The notes beneath the pieces are model-generated. The model ran no database searches, was not told the origin of the DNA, and worked only from the letters and a program-made list of their open reading frames with translations. 64,000 bases of DNA from Thermodesulfobacteriota bacterium (GTDB taxonomy: Bacteria > Desulfobacterota > Binatia > Bin18): positions 128,001 through 192,000 of the forward strand of contig OZ219926.1 in the NCBI GenBank assembly GCA_964291405.2, given 5' to 3'. Below are positions 57,130 to 64,000 of the stretch, piece after piece. Both the position numbers and the translations under genes were made by a program. Every line of letters begins with the position of its first letter. Position 1 is the first letter of the stretch.

Positions 57130-59181
57130 ATGCGTATTGCCGTTGATGTTGGTGGCACGTTTACGGACGTGATCCTTCTAGATGAGAAGACCCAGGAACT
57201 GCGACTGGAGAAGGTCGAGACCACGCCGCACAATCCGGCCAGCGGTGTCCTGCAAGGATTTCATAAAGCAGACGCAACACCCAGTGCGATCGACTATTTC
57301 GTGCACGGCACAACCCTGGGACTCAATGCCTTGCTGACTCGCACGGCCGCCCGAGTCGCAATCCTGACTACTAAAGGATTCCGCGACGTATATGAACTAG
57401 GCCGCACAGCCCGTGACCCTATGTATGACCTGACCTACCGGAAACCCAGGCCCCTCGTGCCTCGCTATCTCACCTTTGAAGTGACCGAGCGCCTGGACTA
57501 TCAGGGCAATGTGCTGACCGCCTTTGACGAACAAGAAGCCAGAGCGGTGGCCCATAAACTACGCGAACACGGGGTCGAAGCGGTGGCAGTATGTTTTCTG
57601 CATAGCTACGCCAACCCCCAACACGAACTGGCCGTGCAGACAGTCTTGCAGCAGGAGTGCCCAGGCCTCTTCGTGACGCTGTCGCATCAGCTCAGCCGCG
57701 AATATCGGGAGTACGAGCGGACCAGTACGACCGTGATTGATGCCGGCATTAAACCGATCGTGCGCAGCTATTTGGAGCAACTCGCCGTCGAGTTGCGATC
57801 CGGTGGCTTTGCGGGCCACTTCCTGCTGACGCGCTCAGGCGGTGGAGCCATGACCGTGGTATCGGCAAAAGAACAGCCGGTCCATTTGGTGCTGTCCGGA
57901 CCAGCAGGCGGCGTGATCGGTGCAAGCGCGCTGAGTTCGCTCGTTGGGGCACAGAACCTGATCACGCTAGATATGGGTGGGACGAGCCTAGACGCCTCAC
58001 TCATTGTTAACGGTCACGCACAGGTTGATAACGATGCCGCGTTTGAGCATTTTCCGATTTCCCTCCCTATTCTCGACATTAAGACAATTGGGGCTGGCGG
58101 CGGGAGTATCGGCTGGATCGATGAGGGCGGACATCTGCAAATGGGACCACATAGTGCCGGGTCCGTACCGGGACCAGCCTGCTATGCCAAGGGCGGTCAG
58201 CAACCGACCTTCACCGACGCCGCCCTGCTGGCCGGCTATCTTGATCCGGCCAATTTCCTTGGGGGTGAAATCGACCTTGCTCCAGAGCCGGCCCGCCGGG
58301 TGCTCCAGGAGCGGCTTGCCACTCCGCTGGGTCTCTCCGTGCCCCAGGTAGCAACCGGCATGTTACGCATGAGTGAGGCGAAAATCACCGGCGCGATCCG
58401 TGAGATCTCAATCGAACGCGGCTTTCATCCCGGAGATTTTGCCCTGTTCGCCTTTGGCGGTGGCGGTGGTTTTGTGGCGTCCGGCGTGGCGTGGGAACTC
58501 GGGCTACCGCGCGTGATCATTCCACCCGGCCCGGCAAATTTCTCTGCCCTGGGAATGCTGATGGTCGACGTAGTCCACGATTTTTCTCAGACCTTGGTCA
58601 CCGACCTCCATACGGCGGACCTAGCAGCCATTCGCGAGGCCTATGCACTCTTAGCCCAACAGGGGACGCACGCCCTTGAACAGGATGGCTTCAGCCCCGC
58701 CGACCGACGCCTTATCCGCTCGGCAGAGCTCCGCTACCACGGCCAGGAGCATACGGTGAATATTACCCTCCCTGGGCATGAGATCACGATTGATGACCTC
58801 AGCCGAATGACCACTATGTTTAATGAATCACACCGTATTCAGTACGGTCATAGTATGGACGATCCGATTGAGCTGGTGACGCTGCGCCTGCGTGCGGTCG
58901 GACTGCTCCCGCGCCCTCGCCTACCAAAGATCGCCTCAGGGTCGGGTAGTGTCGAGGTCGCGCGAAAAGGGGAACGACCGGTCTACCGGCCAGGCCCTGA
59001 TCAAAACGAGCATCAAGTCAATTACGCCGTGTATGATCGCCTCAAGCTACGCCGAGCGGATCAGATTGCCGGCCCGGCCATCATCGAGGAGCCGACGTCA
59101 ACCACGATCCTCCATACCGGCGATGCGATGACGGTTGGGGAGTACGGAGAATTAGTGCTGACCATTGGGGAATTGTCCTAA
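57130..59181 (+). CDS. Hydantoinase A / oxoprolinase family ATP-binding subunit
   Basis: DVGGTFTD, HGTT, EYREYERTSTT, SGPAGG, DMGGTS, GAGGGSI. Confidence 0.93.
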   Translation: MRIAVDVGGTFTDVILLDEKTQELRLEKVETTPHNPASGVLQGFHKADATPSAIDYFVHGTTLGLNALLTRTAARVAILTTKGFRDVYELGRTARDPMYDLTYRKPRPLVPRYLTFEVTERLDYQGNVLTAFDEQEARAVAHKLREHGVEAVAVCFLHSYANPQHELAVQTVLQQECPGLFVTLSHQLSREYREYERTSTTVIDAGIKPIVRSYLEQLAVELRSGGFAGHFLLTRSGGGAMTVVSAKEQPVHLVLSGPAGGVIGASALSSLVGAQNLITLDMGGTSLDASLIVNGHAQVDNDAAFEHFPISLPILDIKTIGAGGGSIGWIDEGGHLQMGPHSAGSVPGPACYAKGGQQPTFTDAALLAGYLDPANFLGGEIDLAPEPARRVLQERLATPLGLSVPQVATGMLRMSEAKITGAIREISIERGFHPGDFALFAFGGGGGFVASGVAWELGLPRVIIPPGPANFSALGMLMVDVVHDFSQTLVTDLHTADLAAIREAYALLAQQGTHALEQDGFSPADRRLIRSAELRYHGQEHTVNITLPGHEITIDDLSRMTTMFNESHRIQYGHSMDDPIELVTLRLRAVGLLPRPRLPKIASGSGSVEVARKGERPVYRPGPDQNEHQVNYAVYDRLKLRRADQIAGPAIIEEPTSTTILHTGDAMTVGEYGELVLTIGELS

Positions 59182-59199
59182 TACGGACAGGAGAACGCT

Positions 59200-60939
59200 A
59201 TGCAGACGGTCGATACTATTACGGTTGAAGTGATCCACAATTATTTACTGTCCGCTGCCCGTGAGATGAATCGCAACCTGATGCGCACGGCGTACAACAC
59301 GATTGTGTATGAGGTACGGGATTTCGGACTGGGCCTGTATGACCGTCACTGCCGCTTATTGGCTGAAGCGCCGGGGCTGGCGATTTTTACTCGAGCGAAT
59401 GATTACGCGCTCAGAAAAATCGTTGAGTTTCTGGGTGAGGACAATATTCATCCGGGTGACGTGATTTTGCTGAATTATCCGTTCTGGAGTTCGACCCATA
59501 CTCTTGATGTAACGGCTTCATCCCCCATTTTTTATGAGGACCAGTTGGTCGGTTTTACCGCAGTTAAAATTCACTGGCTGGACCTGGACCAGAAAGATGC
59601 CGGTTATTGTCTCGACACTACGGACATGCACCAAGAAGGCTTATTTTTCCCGTGCTCCAAAATCTATAAGCGTGGAGTATTGAATAAAGAACTCGAAGAT
59701 ATCATTCGCTTTAACTGTCGCATGCCCGAGCGGGTCCTGGGCGATATGAACGCCCAGATCTCGTCGTGTCGGACAGGAGAACGACGGGTCCAGGAGCTGG
59801 TTAAGAAGTTTGGTCTTGAAACCTTTACCCAGGCAACGGCACAGATCCTTGACCACGGAGAACGGCTGGCGCGGGCACGTTTGTCTGCCCTGCCCAAAGG
59901 CAGTTGGTCTGCTGAGGACTGGGTGGATGATGACGGGATCGAGAAAGACACCATGCTCAAAATAAAGGCAACCGTGACCATCTCAGAAGACGAGTTGCTG
60001 ATTGATTTTAGTGGCTCTTCCGCCGCGGTCAAAGGTCCGGTGAATATTCCCATCGGGCTCACCATGGGTGTGGGGGCGCTCATATTCAAGGCGATTACAA
60101 CACCGGATACACCGGCCAATGACGGCAACTTCCGTCCGCTGCGAGTTGAGGCGCCGCCGGGCAGCCTGATGCATGCGGTCCCGCCTGCCGCAACGTTTAC
60201 CCTGTGGCCAGGCATCTTGGCGACTGAGGTCGTCACCAAGGCGCTCGCCCAAGGCATACCGGATATTGTGCCCGCCTGTTCGGGGGGAGACCTGTGCTCC
60301 ATGATGGGCGTTGGTACCCACCCCAGCACGGGAAAAATCTGGCTTGAAAGCACGAACGAGGGGGTCGGCTTTGGCGGCCACGTGGGCGGCGATGGTGAAC
60401 ACGGCATTATGCATTTGACAGAACCGGGCTGCCAGAACGTTCCCATTGAAGTCATGGAAACGAAAGCGCCCTTGTTGATCGAACGGTACGGTTTGCGTCA
60501 GGACTCGGGCGGCGCGGGTGAACATCCGGGTGGACTGGGTGTGAGCCGAGCGTATCGATTCCTAGCCGAGGCGTCGGCGTTGACGCTGATCAAAAAGACG
60601 AAAACCCGACCCTGGGGTATGGCGGGCGGTCATACTGGAGAAAATTGTCACGTGATTCTTCGCCCTGGAACAGACCAGGAGCAAACCACCGGGATGGTCT
60701 ATGAAGCTATGGCTCCGGGTGAGGTCCTGGTGAACTGTTCCGGCGGGGGCGGCGGCTGGGGAAATCCGCTGAATCGCGATCCGGAAAAGGTCCTCAACGA
60801 TGTGAGGAGCGAATATATCTCACTGACGAGTGCCAAGCGAGATTATGGCGTCGTTATCGATCCGGACACCTTGACGGTGGAGGCAGCGGCAACCGAGGCA
60901 TTACGGAACGAGAAGAAGACCAGAGCTGGGACGCCGTGA
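59200..60939 (+). CDS. Hydantoinase B / oxoprolinase family subunit
   Basis: E.RDF, THTLD, HWLD, QEG, N.P.EVME, DSGGAG, GGGGGWGNP. Confidence 0.92.
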   Translation: MQTVDTITVEVIHNYLLSAAREMNRNLMRTAYNTIVYEVRDFGLGLYDRHCRLLAEAPGLAIFTRANDYALRKIVEFLGEDNIHPGDVILLNYPFWSSTHTLDVTASSPIFYEDQLVGFTAVKIHWLDLDQKDAGYCLDTTDMHQEGLFFPCSKIYKRGVLNKELEDIIRFNCRMPERVLGDMNAQISSCRTGERRVQELVKKFGLETFTQATAQILDHGERLARARLSALPKGSWSAEDWVDDDGIEKDTMLKIKATVTISEDELLIDFSGSSAAVKGPVNIPIGLTMGVGALIFKAITTPDTPANDGNFRPLRVEAPPGSLMHAVPPAATFTLWPGILATEVVTKALAQGIPDIVPACSGGDLCSMMGVGTHPSTGKIWLESTNEGVGFGGHVGGDGEHGIMHLTEPGCQNVPIEVMETKAPLLIERYGLRQDSGGAGEHPGGLGVSRAYRFLAEASALTLIKKTKTRPWGMAGGHTGENCHVILRPGTDQEQTTGMVYEAMAPGEVLVNCSGGGGGWGNPLNRDPEKVLNDVRSEYISLTSAKRDYGVVIDPDTLTVEAAATEALRNEKKTRAGTP

Positions 60940-60968
60940 CGCGAAGACCCTCGCTGCATTCTTTCCCC

Positions 60969-61442
60969 TTAGCCGTCTTCGGACGGCTTTACCAAACGGC
61001 GTCGGCGGGCGGTCAGGAGAGACTCAAACGCCGCCCTGACCTCAGGATTATCTATAGGCGGAATAGTGGCATCACGAAACTGCGGCAGTGTCCGTTGCGG
61101 AGAGGACAGTGTCGCGGCATCCTCCTGTCGTATAGGCCCCCGCCCAAAATAGATATGCGTAATCACCTCTGCCCCAATGAGGTGATTCAGTCGGCGGCGG
61201 ATACGCTCTTTCACAAAGTGTAAATCTTGCATCAGGGCGGGATGCAAGACTGTCACAAAGAGTTTTCCATTCCGAAACCTGGTCGGTTGCGCCTTTTCTG
61301 CATTGGCCGGACCCACCACCTCAGGCCACACTTCCCAGGCCCGATACACACGCAGTTTTTCAGGGTCGGCACTGTCAGGAAAAACCGTTCGTAAGACCCC
61401 AGCAACGGAATTCCAGTACGAATTCTTGGGCTGACTTCCCAT
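60969..61442 (-). CDS. DUF721 / DciA-like protein
   Basis: W..VVG.......P.....GKL.V.V..P..MQDL...K..I...LN; start chosen at ATG 61442. Confidence 0.8.
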   Translation of the reverse strand: MGSQPKNSYWNSVAGVLRTVFPDSADPEKLRVYRAWEVWPEVVGPANAEKAQPTRFRNGKLFVTVLHPALMQDLHFVKERIRRRLNHLIGAEVITHIYFGRGPIRQEDAATLSSPQRTLPQFRDATIPPIDNPEVRAAFESLLTARRRRLVKPSEDG

Positions 61443-61523
61443 CTTGGTACCAGGATAGGACAAAATTCTCGAAAACAGAAGGGATTTTTCACCTACCAGG
61501 GCTTGGGCTGCAAGGAACTTGAC

Positions 61524-61539
61524 ACACAAGATATAGTAT
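61524..61539 (+). promoter_or_regulatory. NrdR box
   Basis: ACACAAGATATAGTAT resembles the acaCwAtATaTwGtgt consensus; ~60 nt upstream of nrdJ, overlapping TTGACA. Confidence 0.75.
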
Positions 61540-61601
61540 GCAATTCAGTTTTCTTGTCCTTTATTCTTTAACGTTTTGTTGAGTGGGGAGAGGAGGAGGC
61601 C

Positions 61602-64000
61602 ATGGCAGCGAAGGTGCGGAGGGAAGAGCGGACGGAGGAAACAGCCAAGGCAGATGGGGGACCCGTGGCAGAACAATCCAAACGACAAGCGGTCCAGAAA
61701 AGCACAGGTCTGACGATTCAGCGGCATTTCACCAGGCCGAACGTCGATCCGTTCGATGCGGTTGAATGGGAAAAGCGGAGTGCCGTGATATCGGGTGAAA
61801 ACGGAGAGGTGGTTTTTGAACAACACGAAGTCGATATCCCGAAATCCTGGTCTCAGCTCGCGACCAATGTTGTGGTTTCAAAATATTTTCGAGGGCCGCT
61901 CGGGACCCCACAGCGAGAGTCCAGCGTTCGCCAGATGATCGGGCGCGTGGTCAACACGATTACCACCTGGGGGAAGCAGGGCAGCTATTTTGCCAGTGCA
62001 GACGACGCGCAGGCTTTTTCAGACGAATTAACCTATTTACTTGTCCAGCAAAAATTGGCCTTTAATAGCCCAGTCTGGTTCAACGTCGGCGTCGAACCCC
62101 ACCCCCAATGTTCGGCGTGTTTTATTCTTTCAGTCGACGACACAATGGACTCCATCCTGGATTGGTATCGCAGGGAAGGGGTCATTTTTAAGGGCGGCTC
62201 AGGGTCGGGTGTCAATCTGTCCGCAATCCGCTCGTCAAAAGAGCAGTTAGGTGGCGGAGGAACGGCGTCGGGGCCGGTTTCTTTTATGCGGGCCGCAGAC
62301 GCCTCTGCTGGGGTCATCAAGTCCGGCGGGAAAACGCGTAGAGCCGCGAAAATGGTGGTCCTCAATGCTGACCATCCGGACATTGTCGAGTTTATTCAGT
62401 GTAAGGCCGAGGAGGAGAAAAAAGCCTGGACCTTGATTGAGGCCGGCTATGACGGCTCCATCGACGGAGATGCGTATAGCTCTATTTTCTTCCAGAATGC
62501 CAACAACTCGGTCCGGGCCACGAATGGCTTTATGCAGGCCGTGGTGAATAATGCCGAGTGGCAAACACATTTTGTCCTGACCGGTGACCCGTGCACGTCC
62601 TATCAGGCGCGCGACCTTATGCATATGATCGCCACGGCAACGCATCACTGTGGCGATCCGGGTATGCAGTTCGATACTACCATTAATGACTGGCATACCT
62701 GTCCGAATACCGGTCGGATTAATGCCTCGAACCCGTGCTCGGAGTATATGCATCTCGACGATAGCGCCTGTAATTTAGCCTCGCTCAATCTGCTGAAATT
62801 CCTCAAAGACGACGGGAGCTTTGACACCGCTGCGTTTAAGCACGCCGTTGAGATCAGTATCACGGCACAGGACATCATCGTCGATAATTCCAGCTATCCA
62901 ACGGAGGAAATCACCGCCAATGCCAAGGCGTTTCGTGAACTCGGCCTCGGCTATGCCAACCTCGGTGCCCTCCTGATGTCCCTCGGCCTACCCTATGATT
63001 CAGAGGCCGGACGGCAGTACGCCGGCGCGCTCACTGCCCTGATGACGGGCCAAGCTTATCTGCAGTCGGCCCGTCTTGCAGAAGAGATTGGACCTTTCTC
63101 CGGGTATGCGAAAAACAGTAAGCCTATGCTGAAAGTGATCGACAAGCACCGCTCCTATGCGTATAAGCTGGACCCCGCCCTCGTTCCGCTTGATCTGCTG
63201 TCGGACGCGCGTAGGGCCTGGGACGAAGCCTTGCTGTTGGGACAAGCCGCTGGCTATCGCAACTCGCAAGCGAGCGTATTAGCCCCAACCGGTACCATCG
63301 CTTTCATGATGGACTGTGACACCACCGGCGTTGAACCTGATATCGCCCTGGTCAAATACAAACGCCTAGTCGGCGGCGGCATGCTCAAGATCGTGAACAA
63401 TACAGTTCCCCGCTCCCTCAAACGGCTCGGCTACGACAGCAAAGAGATCCAGTCCATTGTGGAATATATCGACGAGCATGAAACGATTGAGGGCTCTCCC
63501 TATTTACGTGACGAACACCTCAACGTATTTGACTGTGCATTTAAGCCGGCGAATGGGAGTCGGACGATTCATCATTTAGGCCATTTGCGCATGATGGGTG
63601 CGGTCCAGCCCTTTATTTCCGGGGCAATCTCAAAAACGATCAATATGCCCAATGATGCCACAGTCGAAGACATCACCCATGCCTATATCGAGGCCTGGAA
63701 GCTCGAACTGAAGGCCGTCGCTATTTATCGGGATGGCTGCAAGCGGGTTCAGCCCCTCGGAACACAGAAGCAGTCACCTCAATCAGGACAGCAAACCGAC
63801 CAGACCGTCGCTCCTGCTGAGCCAAAACCGACCCGCAGGCATTTACCGGAAGACCGGAGTGCAATCTGTCACAAATTCGAGATTGCTGGGCATGAAGGCT
63901 ATATTCACATCGGCTTTTATGAGGACGGGACGCCGGGTGAAATGTTCATTCGGATGGCGAAAGAAGGCAGCACGATTTCAGGCTTAATGGACACGATAGC
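61602..64000 (+). CDS. nrdJ: Class II (B12-dependent) ribonucleotide reductase, 3' truncated by window
   Basis: Not in the ORF track (no stop in window); hand translation gives WSQLATNVVVSKYF, FNSPVWFN, PQCSACFI, NASNPCSEY, LAPTGTI, GAISKTINMP; AGGAGG RBS. Confidence 0.96.
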   Translation, partial: MAAKVRREERTEETAKADGGPVAEQSKRQAVQKSTGLTIQRHFTRPNVDPFDAVEWEKRSAVISGENGEVVFEQHEVDIPKSWSQLATNVVVSKYFRGPLGTPQRESSVRQMIGRVVNTITTWGKQGSYFASADDAQAFSDELTYLLVQQKLAFNSPVWFNVGVEPHPQCSACFILSVDDTMDSILDWYRREGVIFKGGSGSGVNLSAIRSSKEQLGGGGTASGPVSFMRAADASAGVIKSGGKTRRAAKMVVLNADHPDIVEFIQCKAEEEKKAWTLIEAGYDGSIDGDAYSSIFFQNANNSVRATNGFMQAVVNNAEWQTHFVLTGDPCTSYQARDLMHMIATATHHCGDPGMQFDTTINDWHTCPNTGRINASNPCSEYMHLDDSACNLASLNLLKFLKDDGSFDTAAFKHAVEISITAQDIIVDNSSYPTEEITANAKAFRELGLGYANLGALLMSLGLPYDSEAGRQYAGALTALMTGQAYLQSARLAEEIGPFSGYAKNSKPMLKVIDKHRSYAYKLDPALVPLDLLSDARRAWDEALLLGQAAGYRNSQASVLAPTGTIAFMMDCDTTGVEPDIALVKYKRLVGGGMLKIVNNTVPRSLKRLGYDSKEIQSIVEYIDEHETIEGSPYLRDEHLNVFDCAFKPANGSRTIHHLGHLRMMGAVQPFISGAISKTINMPNDATVEDITHAYIEAWKLELKAVAIYRDGCKRVQPLGTQKQSPQSGQQTDQTVAPAEPKPTRRHLPEDRSAICHKFEIAGHEGYIHIGFYEDGTPGEMFIRMAKEGSTISGLMDTI

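Overview
Bacterial chromosomal segment (mostly ~55-60% GC by eye, with three AT-rich intergenic islands). The gene content resembles uncultured deltaproteobacteria-like lineages such as Binatia, but that is an impression, not a tested assignment. In order: 3' end of serS; a Rieske/split cytochrome b (b6-type) operon with an 8-CxxCH cytochrome c, a cupredoxin-like protein and two small membrane ORFs missed by the ORF track; MoxR-VWA(CoxE)-DUF151-TPR operon; NRDE protein; response regulator / tandem LolA-like protein / histidine kinase / pteridine reductase operon; double-domain PTPS plus SDRs; tRNA-Ser(UGA); trmI; acyl-CoA/sirtuin/DAACS genes; AOR-family operon; Rieske oxygenase cluster; BrnT/BrnA; gor; a CoxM-S-L-L-type Mo-hydroxylase cluster; DUF917 and two hydantoinase/oxoprolinase systems; DciA-like gene; 5' part of nrdJ. 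Non-coding structure includes a 4-copy ~53-bp palindromic element sitting at stop codons, a 3-copy TTGACTATAGTCAA palindrome, GTAG-type REPs and a decayed partial duplication of the adjacent operon. Three single-base frameshifts in short C/G runs (one in essential serS) are probably sequencing errors. No CRISPR array, rRNA, integrase or transposase was seen. All protein calls are from motif recognition, not database searches.
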